Both the position numbers and the translations under genes were made by a program. DNA of 55,523 nucleotides from a virus. Lineage: Duplodnaviria > Caudoviricetes. The DNA lies in IMG/VR virus record IMGVR_UViG_3300016474_000233, positions 1 to 55,523 of that record; one strand, written 5' to 3'. Of the stretch, positions 19,914-29,123 are shown piece after piece. The notes under the pieces were generated by a model. That model saw only the letters and a program-made list of their open reading frames with translations, was not told where the DNA came from and searched no databases. Position 1 is the stretch's first letter, and each line of letters begins with the position of its first letter.

Positions 19914-21461
19914 ATGGCCAACAAGAACATCGAGCGATTCATCGAGACCTACGGCCCTGTAGCTCAACAGGTCAGCAAAGAGATCAACGTCGATCCCAAC
20001 ATCCTGCTAAGTCAGTGGGGCCTTGAGAGCCGCTGGGGCCAGACGGAGATGGCCAAGAAGCACCACAACCTTGGCGGCATCAAAGACTTCAGTGGCCAAG
20101 GCTTTGAGGCCAAGGACAACAAGACCGGCTCGGTGGACAAGTACGTCAAGTTTGAGGACCCCGAGGTCTTCGGCATGTACTACGCCGATCAGATCAAGCG
20201 CAACTTTCCCGGCGCAATGAACACCGGCCCTGACGCTGGCGCGTTCACTCGCGGCCTCGCCTCGGGCAAACGTGGTTCCTACTTCGAGGTGCCGCAGGAG
20301 CGATACCTTGAGAGCTTGACCGGCGCACAGGCCGCGATCCCGCAGAGCAAGATGCTGCCGTTTGAGCCGACCGAGGTGAAACCTCCGGCGGCCGCCACAG
20401 GGGACGGCGACATGGTCACGGTGGATGCGCCTCCATCTGCGCCTCCCAAGCCCGACACGTCGGGGGCCTCGCCGGGCGAGCGCTTCCTTGGTGGTGCTCT
20501 TGGCACCGGTGCTGGCGTTGCATCGACTGGTGCGCAGGCGTTCTCGTCGGCCAGAACCAGCGCAGCAGCAACCCGAGCGGCTGCTGAGGAGCGTGCCCGT
20601 ATAGCGGCCCAGCGTGCGGCCGGTATGGCTCCCTCTAGTGTCCCCGGCACTCCGGGCGTTCCGGCGACTCCGCAGAGCGTCGTGCGTTTGCCCGGCGGCG
20701 CTCCCGCCGGTGCGCCCGGCGGCTTCCCCGGCACTCCAGTTGGCCCTGCTGATGGTGGCTACATGGCTCGCGGCCAAACGGGCGCTCAGGTGTACAACAC
20801 GGCCAAGTCCTTGGGGCTGACGGACATCGAGGCCGCTCGCGCTTTGGACGCTACCAAGCAAGAGGGTGGGGCTCACGATTTGCTCAAAAAACGCCGCGAG
20901 GCAACACTAGACATCAGGCAGCGCTTCCCGACTGAAACCTTCATTGAAAATCCGCGCTATGGCGGCCTTTTGACCATGGACCAAGGGGTAGGTAGCGGCC
21001 CCCGGCAATCGTTTGCATTCAAGCCCCCGGAGGCCCCCTCCCCGGACCTTCCCAAAGGCCAGCCGGGTGGTCTGCAACAGTTACCCAAGCGCGTACCGGT
21101 TCCCACCACCCCTGTGGGTCCGACCGGCTTGCAGCAGGTGACGTCGCTGTTCACCGACATGATGCGGCCGGTGGCCAGCGGCCTGAAGACTGTGGGCCGG
21201 TATGCCCTGCCGCCCTTGGCGGGCCTGTCGGCTGGCTTGGACGTGGCCGAGATGGCTCACGAGTACGACAAGCCTGCGGACCAGCGCGACTACACAAAGA
21301 TGGGCCTCAAGGGCATGGGCGTGGTTGGGGGTGCTTTGAGCATGTTCCCGCCCACGATGCCTTTGGGTCTTGGCCTCAGCCTCGCGGCACCGGCGCTTGA
21401 GTACGCCCGCGAGAAGGGGGTCTTTGGAGAAAAACCGGAGCAGGCGCAGCCCGCCCCGTGA
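19914..21461 (+). CDS. Virion protein with N-terminal GH73 (FlgJ-like glucosaminidase/muramidase) domain
   Basis: ILLSQWGLESRWG...HNLGGIK...YVKFEDPE motifs. Hydrophobic C-terminus. Confidence 0.8.
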   Translation: MANKNIERFIETYGPVAQQVSKEINVDPNILLSQWGLESRWGQTEMAKKHHNLGGIKDFSGQGFEAKDNKTGSVDKYVKFEDPEVFGMYYADQIKRNFPGAMNTGPDAGAFTRGLASGKRGSYFEVPQERYLESLTGAQAAIPQSKMLPFEPTEVKPPAAATGDGDMVTVDAPPSAPPKPDTSGASPGERFLGGALGTGAGVASTGAQAFSSARTSAAATRAAAEERARIAAQRAAGMAPSSVPGTPGVPATPQSVVRLPGGAPAGAPGGFPGTPVGPADGGYMARGQTGAQVYNTAKSLGLTDIEAARALDATKQEGGAHDLLKKRREATLDIRQRFPTETFIENPRYGGLLTMDQGVGSGPRQSFAFKPPEAPSPDLPKGQPGGLQQLPKRVPVPTTPVGPTGLQQVTSLFTDMMRPVASGLKTVGRYALPPLAGLSAGLDVAEMAHEYDKPADQRDYTKMGLKGMGVVGGALSMFPPTMPLGLGLSLAAPALEYAREKGVFGEKPEQAQPAP

Positions 21462-21522
21462 TGAATTCGAGCGCTCTCCCGCTCGGATTGCCGTGACTTA
21501 CCAGTTGCCCACGGCATCTTTT

Positions 21523-21551
21523 CCCCCTCCTTCGCGGGAGGGGGCCTTTTT
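21523..21551 (+). terminator. Rho-independent terminator ending the late operon
   Basis: CCCCCTCC-ttcgcg-GGAGGGGG stem followed by CCTTTTT, at the point where the two transcription blocks converge. Confidence 0.75.
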
Positions 21552-21779
21552 CTAGGGCCGCTGTGTTGCGAGCCCTTTGGCCACCTCGGGGTTCATGTGC
21601 CCGACGATGGTCACGCACCGCTGATGCTCGTCGCGTCGAATCATCGGTGTCAGAACAGCCTCAAGCTTTTCAGCGAACTGCACGATGTCCACCTCGTCGG
21701 CGATCAGCGCATCGCGGCGCTTCTCGTCGCAGTAAAAAAACACTTGCTTAATCAGCTCTTCATTCAGATGCGATTTCAT
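21552..21779 (-). CDS. Hypothetical protein
   Basis: Last ORF of the leftward block; overlaps its upstream neighbour. Confidence 0.6.
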   Translation of the reverse strand: MKSHLNEELIKQVFFYCDEKRRDALIADEVDIVQFAEKLEAVLTPMIRRDEHQRCVTIVGHMNPEVAKGLATQRP

Positions 21780-21984
21780 TTCGAGATTTCCAGAGTTCCC
21801 AGTTGACGATTGTTTGACGCGCCATGCCGATCTGGGCGTGTCCGGTGTAGGGGTTGAACTTGCTGTCCAAGAATTCTTCGATGATCGATTCCTTGGCCAA
21901 GAACAACTCGTGACGTTCTGCCTGCTCTTTGGTTTCGAAGAGCGTGCCGTCTGAGGTTTTGAATGCGACTATGTTTTCCATCAT
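21760..21984 (-). CDS. Hypothetical protein
   Basis: AFKTSDGTLFETKEQAERHE, a common phage motif. Confidence 0.65.
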   Translation of the reverse strand: MMENIVAFKTSDGTLFETKEQAERHELFLAKESIIEEFLDSKFNPYTGHAQIGMARQTIVNWELWKSRNEIASE

Positions 21985-22742
21985 GAGTGTTGGTTTTTAA
22001 GTTGCCAGAATTTTAGAAGCGCGGAAAACATCTGCCAGCCTCGGGTCAGATCTTCAGCGGACCATTCAACGACCTTCACAAGCCCCGGCACCGAGCGCGA
22101 GACAAACACGTTTGCGCAGCGCGCTCCGGGCATACCCAGACCGACCCGGTAGGCCGCGAGTTGCATGAGGTGCTCGTCGTACGCATCGACCTTGCTGTGG
22201 TCGTTGAATTCTTTGGTCTTGACGTCCACCACAATGTTGGTTGCATGCAGGTCGCACTTGCCGCCAAAGCCAAGCTCATGGCCAAAGGACCGCTCGGCGA
22301 TCCACGCCTGCTCTCCGAAGTGCTCGCGGATGACGTTCACGCAGCCTTGGACATGCTGCTGGTGCCGGTTGATCACCGCGCCCTCGTAGAAGCCTTGGAT
22401 CGATGCGTGGATGTCCGTGCCAGCGTCTGCTGCTGCTCGGCCTTGCTCCTTGCTGTCGTCCATGATGCGGGCGATGTATTCGTCCTCCGGCTCGTCAGGC
22501 TTGCGGGGTAGCGTCAGGGCGGCCAGCAGGACCTGCTTCTGAACCCACTGGATGAGCGCAGGCTTGGCGGCCACGTTCAGGATGGTGGTGACGCTCGGCA
22601 CAAGGTTCTCGGCTCGGGCGTCGCGCAGCGTGGTTGCACGCTCCTTGCCGTTCTTGCCGATCACCGTGTAGCGAGGTATTCCGTCGCGTGTGTACCAGTG
22701 ATTGCTCTCGCTGGCGCGTGGTTCTTTTGCTGTGATGCTCAT
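21981..22742 (-). CDS. PD-(D/E)XK exonuclease (phage recombination nuclease)
   Basis: PSVTTIL, GTDIH, FGGKCDL, VVDVKT and QLAAY motifs. Start placed at ATG 22742. Confidence 0.85.
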   Translation of the reverse strand: MSITAKEPRASESNHWYTRDGIPRYTVIGKNGKERATTLRDARAENLVPSVTTILNVAAKPALIQWVQKQVLLAALTLPRKPDEPEDEYIARIMDDSKEQGRAAADAGTDIHASIQGFYEGAVINRHQQHVQGCVNVIREHFGEQAWIAERSFGHELGFGGKCDLHATNIVVDVKTKEFNDHSKVDAYDEHLMQLAAYRVGLGMPGARCANVFVSRSVPGLVKVVEWSAEDLTRGWQMFSALLKFWQLKNQHS

Positions 22743-22747
22743 TCGTG

Positions 22748-23323
22748 CTACCTTTCTTTTATTGCTTGATGAATTGCTGCGTATTTTTCTTCCGTTGTGT
22801 GGCCGTCCCATTGCTTCGTATAAGGAGGCAGGTGGCCGAACATCCACTCATCGTCGGTGTGGTAGTGCCACGATGCTTGGCCCCAAGGAAAATCAATGTA
22901 GACGCACCCGTGCCACGCTTCGTCCCATCCCTCAATCGCAGTTTTAGCTTTGCCTGACGGGAACAGGGCGGACAATAGCGCCACCAACTGATTGCGCTCT
23001 TTGTATGCGGCATCGGTTGCAGATCGCTGCGCTGCGGCACCAGCCTCTCGCTCCTCTTCAAGTCGGCCCTTGAAGGCGTGCGCAATCCAGTCGATGAAGA
23101 CCTTTGCGGACTCGGCAGCGTCACCCTCAAAAACCATCTCGGGGCCGTTGAAGTCCATGCGCCCAACCTGCGTGCCAAGGCCGCCGGTATCGCGGTTATT
23201 GTGGAAGGTGATGTTGTAGTTGGGCTTGGGTTTGGCAAAGCTCAGGGGCTTGTCTGCGGGCACCGTCAACTTGGCCTCGTGCCATCCAGCCATCTTTGGC
23301 AGCTCTTCAAAATCTTCCATCAC
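22748..23323 (-). CDS. Hypothetical protein
   Basis: AYKERNQLVALL...GQASWHY...WDGHTTEEKY, a conserved-looking phage domain. Confidence 0.65.
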   Translation of the reverse strand: MMEDFEELPKMAGWHEAKLTVPADKPLSFAKPKPNYNITFHNNRDTGGLGTQVGRMDFNGPEMVFEGDAAESAKVFIDWIAHAFKGRLEEEREAGAAAQRSATDAAYKERNQLVALLSALFPSGKAKTAIEGWDEAWHGCVYIDFPWGQASWHYHTDDEWMFGHLPPYTKQWDGHTTEEKYAAIHQAIKER

Positions 23324-23685
23324 TCAACCCTTTCATACGTTGCTTCAAAAATGTCTGGCTTGCACGGGTAGTGTTCGCCCTTCACGCCAGTGATGATCCA
23401 GTCGCCGGGGCAGACGATGTGCCCGCCTTCCAGCGTATCGATCCAGCCGTGTTCGTGCATGATCTGACCGCAGTGTTTGCACGGAGTATTCCCATCGACT
23501 CCGGGGTGTCGGTAGTATCGAACGATGTCGCCCTCCCATCCGTTCGCTTTTCGCTCCTCGGGCAAGAAGTGCCTGATTTCTCCTTTTTCAAAACCTGTGT
23601 GGGTGCGGCTGTAATCCAGCGGGTGGTCGCCATTCTTAAGCCATTGCGTGGCCTCGATGACCACTGGTTTCTTGCGGAACTTCAT
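23320..23685 (-). CDS. Conserved phage protein (KFRKKPVVIEA / PGDWII family)
   Basis: MKFRKKPVVIEATQW...TLEG...PGDWIITGVKGEHYPCKPDIFEATY. Confidence 0.8.
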   Translation of the reverse strand: MKFRKKPVVIEATQWLKNGDHPLDYSRTHTGFEKGEIRHFLPEERKANGWEGDIVRYYRHPGVDGNTPCKHCGQIMHEHGWIDTLEGGHIVCPGDWIITGVKGEHYPCKPDIFEATYERVE

Positions 23686-24059
23686 AAAATTCTCAACACT
23701 TCGACGTGCTGCTTTTCACGGTTGATGGTGGTGGTCACTGAGCCGGACCCCCAGAGGCGGTGAGACGTCGAAGTCGCGGACGACTGGACATCGATGGCAT
23801 CGTAGGTGCCGAAAGGGATGTTGATCACGTCGCCCACCTTGGCGCTGCTCAAAAACTTCCTGACATAAGCTGACCGCTCGCCGTGGGGGTATTTGCGGCC
23901 GCCAGAGCGTTTTATGGGCTCTTTGACCTCAAGGGTGCCGTGCTTGACTCCAAGCGCGTCTATGGCCGCGTAGGGCACCTTCAAGCCCTCCAAGATGTTG
24001 ATGGCCCGACGGAATGCTTGGTCGTGTATTTGTGATTTGGCTTCCAGTTGCGCTGTCAT
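23682..24059 (-). CDS. Hypothetical protein
   Basis: GAGG RBS before ATG 24059; ATGA overlap downstream. Confidence 0.6.
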   Translation of the reverse strand: MTAQLEAKSQIHDQAFRRAINILEGLKVPYAAIDALGVKHGTLEVKEPIKRSGGRKYPHGERSAYVRKFLSSAKVGDVINIPFGTYDAIDVQSSATSTSHRLWGSGSVTTTINREKQHVEVLRIL

Positions 24060-24061
24060 GA

Positions 24062-24550
24062 TTACCTCACGTTGTGAATTGCTGCTTCGCTCATGTCGAT
24101 GAAGGCGTTCGTCCGCAGCGCTCTCCCGCCGTTGGTCGTTGCCTTCGTTGACGTCGTGCTCAGGCGCACCTCGACGGTCAGCTTCCCGTCCGGGTCCGAG
24201 ATCCGCTGCATAAGCAGGACCTTCGGTTTGACGAGGTACAAGAAGCCGACACAGGGGACGCCCATGGATGTCGCGATGTTGATCGCGTTGTGAACCTTCG
24301 ACCATGTCACCAACCATTCGTTTTTGTAGTTGGTCTGAAACTGATCCAGACTCACCACGTCGTACCGGCACTTCGTCTCCACCACCGCCAAAATTTCCGA
24401 AGAAGTCTTGTTGGTGATGATCGCGTCGATCACCGCTGGTGAGTCTTTGGGGGTCTGGATGTACCTCAGCGAGAACTTCTTCTCCACCCACCGGGCGGCG
24501 TGCTGCTCGTCGCTGAGGGACACCTGACCCTTTTCGGTCAGGATGTCCAC
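24062..24550 (-). CDS. Putative PD-(D/E)XK nuclease-fold protein
   Basis: IDAII...VVETKCR pattern (D...ExK). Confidence 0.55.
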   Translation of the reverse strand: MDILTEKGQVSLSDEQHAARWVEKKFSLRYIQTPKDSPAVIDAIITNKTSSEILAVVETKCRYDVVSLDQFQTNYKNEWLVTWSKVHNAINIATSMGVPCVGFLYLVKPKVLLMQRISDPDGKLTVEVRLSTTSTKATTNGGRALRTNAFIDMSEAAIHNVR

Positions 24551-24552
24551 GG

Positions 24553-25227
24553 TCAGAAGGGGATGTCATCGTCCATGTCGTCAAAGCCGGAGCCCTGACG
24601 CGCCTGACGCTCTGCGCCCGATTGCTGCTCACCACGGGCGTACTCCTCGCCCTCGCGGGCCTGCCACTCCGGTGAGGCCTTGATCTTGTCCCGCAGCCCG
24701 TTGCTGAAGGTCTCGAACAGCTCCATGTCGGGGTTGCTGATGGCAAACATCGCCGTGGCGTTGTGGCCCTCTGGCAGCCCGGCCTTCTTGATGGCCACGG
24801 GCACCGGGTTCACCGACATGATGTTGGTGTACTCCTTGCCGTTGTTGCCAACCGACTTGGCCACGCTGATCATGGCCCACGCGCCGAGGATGTTCTTCAG
24901 CTCGAAGCCTCGCAGTTCCTCTGGCGTGAAGTCGCGGCCGCGCCAAGCCTGAAGGTCCTTGCGCAGGGTGGCCTTCTCAGCAAGGCTGAGGGTGTAGTTC
25001 TTCGAGATGCTCATCGGCTCACCCTTGTTGGTGAGCAGCGCCTTGCCTCGGTCGTCTTCGCCGTGGACCTCGAACTGGATCATGACCTTCTGAAGGTACT
25101 TGATCTGCCCTTGGTACTCCGACTTCTGGGTGCCCAGATCGACGATGCGGTAGCACCGTGCGAGGTGCATGCCCGGGGGCACGGGGGTGAAGCTGCCTTC
25201 GCCGCTGTCTTTCGCTATCAAACTCAT
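24553..25227 (-). CDS. Phage single-stranded DNA-binding protein
   Basis: Acidic C-terminal tail DDMDDDIPF. N-terminal ARCYRIVDLGTQ. Clustered with the exonuclease. Confidence 0.75.
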   Translation of the reverse strand: MSLIAKDSGEGSFTPVPPGMHLARCYRIVDLGTQKSEYQGQIKYLQKVMIQFEVHGEDDRGKALLTNKGEPMSISKNYTLSLAEKATLRKDLQAWRGRDFTPEELRGFELKNILGAWAMISVAKSVGNNGKEYTNIMSVNPVPVAIKKAGLPEGHNATAMFAISNPDMELFETFSNGLRDKIKASPEWQAREGEEYARGEQQSGAERQARQGSGFDDMDDDIPF

Positions 25228-25412
25228 TCTTCGCTCCTAATGATTGAAACACTCTCCATGGTTACAAATTGACGTCTGGGCACCCCGCACTCGTAGCGGA
25301 TGATGTTCCAGTCGTCTGCGGTAGCAGTGCCCGCTTCGGCCCGCTCAAGGGCCTCTTCGAGCTGCTGCATTCGTTCCAGCATGAGCTGCTGGTATTCGGC
25401 GCTGTCGTTCAC
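25224..25412 (-). CDS. Small hypothetical protein
   Basis: GTG start with GAGG RBS; 4-nt overlaps on both sides. Confidence 0.5.
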   Translation of the reverse strand: MNDSAEYQQLMLERMQQLEEALERAEAGTATADDWNIIRYECGVPRRQFVTMESVSIIRSEE

Positions 25413-25606
25413 AAGAACCTCAGCATCCAAAGCTTGATTCGCCAAACGATTCGGCCCACAAGACTGGGCTCGACGATGGGGCGCTGAAGCAGCGCAGCCT
25501 GCAATAGCTCCATGTCGCGGCTGTACGGTATGACCTGCTTGCGCTGGTACAGGTAGCCGATCTTGATGCCGGTGCTGGTGGTGTATGGCACGGGTCTGTG
25601 CTGCAT
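25409..25606 (-). CDS. Small hypothetical protein, first gene of the leftward operon
   Basis: Preceded by the conserved ACAGCGAAGGAGAGCGAAATG leader and a sigma70-like promoter. Confidence 0.6.
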   Translation of the reverse strand: MQHRPVPYTTSTGIKIGYLYQRKQVIPYSRDMELLQAALLQRPIVEPSLVGRIVWRIKLWMLRFL

Positions 25607-25710
25607 TTCGCTCTCCTTCGCTGTTGGTTTGGCCGAGTGTAGTCGGTTTAAGTCCAGCATACAACCCCCTTGCATGAAAAAAAATCCGGTGTATGATCGG
25701 CTTAAACCAA
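25604..25710. promoter_or_regulatory. Divergent promoter / control region
   Basis: Leftward TTGTAT-17-TACACT. Rightward TTGCAT-16-TATGAT (25670-25697). Inverted GGTTTAAG / CTTAAACC boxes at ~25645 and ~25701. Confidence 0.7.
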
Positions 25711-25728
25711 CCACAGGAGCAGACCGAC

Positions 25729-25938
25729 ATGACATTGACCGAGTACTTTGAAACCAAGCCACGAGGAGCCAAGCTCGCGATGGCCCAGAAACTGGGCATC
25801 AGCAAGACGTGGATGAGCCTCATCGTGAGCGGCAGGCAGATGCCGAGCCCTGAGCTTTGCACTGCCATCGAGCGCTACACAAAGGGTCAGGTGAAGCGCA
25901 AAACACTGAGGCCCGACATCTTTGGAGAGCTGCGGTGA
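25729..25938 (+). CDS. Cro/YdaS-like HTH transcriptional regulator
   Basis: AMAQKLGISKTWMSLIVSG...IERYTKGQV...LRPDIFG. First gene after the divergent promoter. Confidence 0.85.
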   Translation: MTLTEYFETKPRGAKLAMAQKLGISKTWMSLIVSGRQMPSPELCTAIERYTKGQVKRKTLRPDIFGELR

Positions 25939-26588
25939 TTTGGTACAAGTTCCACCTTGGTGACTACATCACCCACACGCTGCACCTCTCCGACGCTGAG
26001 GATCTGGCCTATCGCCGCCTGCTCGACATGTACTACATGACTGAGAAGCCAATCCCACTCGATACCGAGTCGGTTGCCCGCAAAATCAGGCTCGATTTGG
26101 ACATAACCGAATCGGTTCTCGGGGAGTTTTTTGAACATACCGAAAACGGGTATCGCAACTATCGTTGTGATGCTGAAATCGCGAAATATCAGCATCAAGT
26201 CGAAAACAATCGACAGCTCGGAAAGCGAGGCGGGAGGCCGAAGAAAACCGAATCGAAAACCGAAACGGAACCGAACACAAACCCTAACAGAAATAGAAAT
26301 AGAAATATAAATACCATATCGTCGGTTGCACCGACGTCGTCGCGATTCAGCGAATTTTGGTCAGCATGGCCAGCGTCCAAGCGCAAGGTGGCCAAGGCGT
26401 CATGCGAGGCCAAGTGGCTCAAGCTCAAGCTCGACGCTGTGGCTGATCGCATCATTGCCAACGTCAACAGCCTGAAGTCCTCCGAGCAGTGGACCACGGG
26501 CTACGAGCCTGCGCCCCTGACGTACATCAACCAGCGCCGCTGGGAAGACGGAGACGCCCAGCCGGTGGCCAGTAGGAGGGTGATATGA
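25935..26588 (+). CDS. Replication initiator, DUF1376 (YdaU) family
   Basis: WYKFHLGDYITHTLHLSDAEDLAYRRLLDMYY, GKRGGRP, and a C-terminal FSEFWSAWP...YINQRRWED domain. Confidence 0.85.
   Translation: MIWYKFHLGDYITHTLHLSDAEDLAYRRLLDMYYMTEKPIPLDTESVARKIRLDLDITESVLGEFFEHTENGYRNYRCDAEIAKYQHQVENNRQLGKRGGRPKKTESKTETEPNTNPNRNRNRNINTISSVAPTSSRFSEFWSAWPASKRKVAKASCEAKWLKLKLDAVADRIIANVNSLKSSEQWTTGYEPAPLTYINQRRWEDGDAQPVASRRVI
26244..26313 (+). promoter_or_regulatory. Probable replication origin (iteron-like repeats plus A-rich tract)
   Basis: AACCGAA repeats followed by AGAAAT x3 inside the initiator gene, as in lambdoid origins. Confidence 0.55.
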
Positions 26589-26785
26589 CCGAAGATGATC
26601 TGGCCAAGACCTACGAGCTGGCCTACCGCAACGCGGTCCACTACGGCACAGGATTCGTCAGGATTGCCTTCGTGAAGGGCGAGTTCGAGCTGTCGGTGGT
26701 GCCGCCGGAGGATTACCACTTCGTCACCAAGGACCTGCCCAAGGTTGATCCCATGCCGCTGTTCGATGACTGGAGCGAGAAATGA
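26585..26785 (+). CDS. Hypothetical protein
   Basis: GGAGG RBS and ATGA overlaps. Confidence 0.6.
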   Translation: MTEDDLAKTYELAYRNAVHYGTGFVRIAFVKGEFELSVVPPEDYHFVTKDLPKVDPMPLFDDWSEK

Positions 26786-27450
26786 CTCCGCTGATCCAAG
26801 AGTTCGTTGCCGCAAACCCGGAAGACGCCATCAACCATCATTGGTTCGACATGACGGCCGCGTATAGGCACGAGCAGGCCATCAGCGGCGAGGTTTTGTC
26901 CCGGCCCTTGCCATACCCCAAGACCGCGCTGGTGTGCGCCTATGAGGGCAAGAAGGCCCTGATCTTCGTGAGCCGTTCTGGCGAACTCACCGGCGTGGCC
27001 GGGGTGCAATTCGACGGCAAGCGCTACTACGACATTGCCGGGTTTATGTACCTCGTGGACGATGAGGGGATCAAGGTCAGGCACCGTGATGGAAGTTCAT
27101 TCGACTACCGCACCAGCCACGCCACCGGGGTGTTGGCATTCATTGCCGCTTTCCTTGAGTCGCTGGAGACCAGCCCTGCCACCGGCCACTTGCCGGTGAA
27201 GCGGGCCAACCATGAGAAGAAGATCCGGCAGGGCAAGGTGCCGACTTACGACTGGGTGACGGTGGTGATTGAGCCAACGAAGCCCAAGGGTGAGGCGCAA
27301 GGTGGAACGCACGCAAGCCCGAGGTGGCACGAGCGCCGTGGCCATTGGCGCACCATCAGGAAGTCCGGCAAGCGGGTCTGGGTCAAGAACTGTGAGGTCG
27401 GCGACAAGTCCCTCGGCGCGGTGTTCCACGATTACGAGGTGCGGCCATGA
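26782..27450 (+). CDS. Hypothetical phage protein
   Basis: C-terminal THASPRWHERRGHWR motif; coupled overlaps. Confidence 0.7.
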   Translation: MTPLIQEFVAANPEDAINHHWFDMTAAYRHEQAISGEVLSRPLPYPKTALVCAYEGKKALIFVSRSGELTGVAGVQFDGKRYYDIAGFMYLVDDEGIKVRHRDGSSFDYRTSHATGVLAFIAAFLESLETSPATGHLPVKRANHEKKIRQGKVPTYDWVTVVIEPTKPKGEAQGGTHASPRWHERRGHWRTIRKSGKRVWVKNCEVGDKSLGAVFHDYEVRP

Positions 27451-27881
27451 CGCCGGTCGAGAACTTGCTGCAACGGCTTGAGAAGGTCAAGGGCCGCAAC
27501 GGCTCATGGACCGCTCGCTGCCCTGCCCACAACGACAAAGGGCCGTCGCTGGCCGTCCGTGAGACTGACGATGGCCGAGTGCTGGTTCACTGCTTCGCGG
27601 GCTGCGAAACGGCCAGTGTGCTGGGATCTGTCGGGCTTGATATGACCGACCTATTCCCGCCGGATGAGAAGCGCAAAGACTACCCCACCACGGGAAAGCC
27701 CAGCCTGAAGCCCGCGTTCTATGCCAGCGACCTGATGCGCATCATCGCCTTCGAGGCGCTGGTGGTTCAGATTGTGGCTTTCGACATCGCCAACGGCAAG
27801 CCCCTGAGCAAGGAGACGCAAGACCGTATGCTGGTGGCCTATCAACGAATCGACGAAGCAACGAGGTACGCAAATGTCTAA
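27447..27881 (+). CDS. Primase-type zinc-binding domain protein (no TOPRIM domain)
   Basis: ARCPAHNDKGPSL...VHCFAGC; only 144 aa. Confidence 0.8.
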   Translation: MTPVENLLQRLEKVKGRNGSWTARCPAHNDKGPSLAVRETDDGRVLVHCFAGCETASVLGSVGLDMTDLFPPDEKRKDYPTTGKPSLKPAFYASDLMRIIAFEALVVQIVAFDIANGKPLSKETQDRMLVAYQRIDEATRYANV

Positions 27882-28884
27882 GGTGAGCATGATCGAAGAA
27901 CGAGCCAGAGCGCTCGATGAGGCCCGCAAGGTGCGGCTGGTGAAGTCCGATGAGATCGACACCGAGAAGTACCTCAAGGCCCATGACGTGACGCACAAGG
28001 TCCACGAGGCCCGCGTATGGCTCGACGAGTTGCAGCAGGAGCTGGTGCAGCCGCCCGAGCACGTCAAGTCGGTAACCCTGCCATGGCCAAAGACTCACAT
28101 TGGGTTTCAGTTCCGCCCGGGCGAGGTGACGCTGTACGCTGGCTCGAACGGCGGCGGCAAGTCGCTGATCACTGGGCAGGTGGCCCTGAGCCTGATCAAG
28201 CAAAAGCAGCGCGTGTGCATCGCGTCGTTCGAGATGAAGCCCAAGCGCACGCTGTACCGCATGCTCAGGCAGTTTGCTGGCGAGAACATCGAGCACCCGC
28301 GTTACATGGACAAGGCGGTCTACATCGGCCGTCTGCTGGAGCGCTTCACGAGCTTCTCAAGCAGCGGTCTGTGGCTGTACGACCAGCAGGGCACCACGTC
28401 CTCGCAGCAGGTCATCGCGATGGCACGCTACTGTGCGATGGAGTTGGGCGTTCAGCATGTGTTCATCGACTCGTTGATGAAGTGCGTGGCCGGTGAGGAT
28501 GACTACAACGCGCAAAAGTATTTCGTTGATGAGCTGACGGCGGTGGCGCGTGATCACCAGATTCACATTCACCTGATCCACCACATTCGCAAGCTGGCCA
28601 GTGAAGAGTTGCAGCCAAACAAGAACGACATCAAGGGCACGGGCGCAATCGCTGATCAGGTGGACAACGTGCTGCTGATGTGGCGCAACAAAAAGAAGGA
28701 GCACGAGATTCAGAATGGGTCGATACCTGACTCGTCCAAGCCGGACGCCATGCTGATGTGCGAGAAGCAGCGCAACGGCGAGGCCGAGGACTGGTACAGC
28801 TTGTGGTACGACAAGGACAGCCAGCAGTTCGTGGAGTCGAGCGGGGCTGTGGTCATGTCATTCGACGACAAGGGGGCGTTTTGA
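27874..28884 (+). CDS. SF4 (DnaB/T7 gp4-like) replicative helicase
   Basis: Walker A GSNGGGKS, SFEM, FIDSL, IHHIRK, DIKGTGAIADQVDNV, EKQRNGE. Confidence 0.9.
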   Translation: MSKVSMIEERARALDEARKVRLVKSDEIDTEKYLKAHDVTHKVHEARVWLDELQQELVQPPEHVKSVTLPWPKTHIGFQFRPGEVTLYAGSNGGGKSLITGQVALSLIKQKQRVCIASFEMKPKRTLYRMLRQFAGENIEHPRYMDKAVYIGRLLERFTSFSSSGLWLYDQQGTTSSQQVIAMARYCAMELGVQHVFIDSLMKCVAGEDDYNAQKYFVDELTAVARDHQIHIHLIHHIRKLASEELQPNKNDIKGTGAIADQVDNVLLMWRNKKKEHEIQNGSIPDSSKPDAMLMCEKQRNGEAEDWYSLWYDKDSQQFVESSGAVVMSFDDKGAF

Positions 28885-29123
28885 TTGCAACAGAAGGTGA
28901 AGGACCAGATGAGCATCGGCATCGCTGTCTCGTTCGAGACGTCATCAAACGAAGGCTACAAGATCGTGATGCTGCGCACCGATTCCTCTACGGTTACCGT
29001 GACGACACTGGCCGTTATCACAAAGGCTGGAATGAGCTACATCCCGGCTCAAGACTTGAAAAGGATGTGCGAGATCAATGGGCCAAGGGCAACCGAGGCG
29101 AACACAACGACTGGAGAGAATGA
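28881..29123 (+). CDS. Hypothetical protein
   Basis: EHRHRCLVR...DQWAKGNRG, a conserved-looking phage motif; TTG start. Confidence 0.55.
   Translation: MIATEGEGPDEHRHRCLVRDVIKRRLQDRDAAHRFLYGYRDDTGRYHKGWNELHPGSRLEKDVRDQWAKGNRGEHNDWRE

Noticed and set aside
23682-24746. 354-aa ORF as listed in the track
   Set aside because: Its 5' two-thirds overlap the nuclease-like and SSB genes in another frame; only 23682-24059 has an RBS-supported start.
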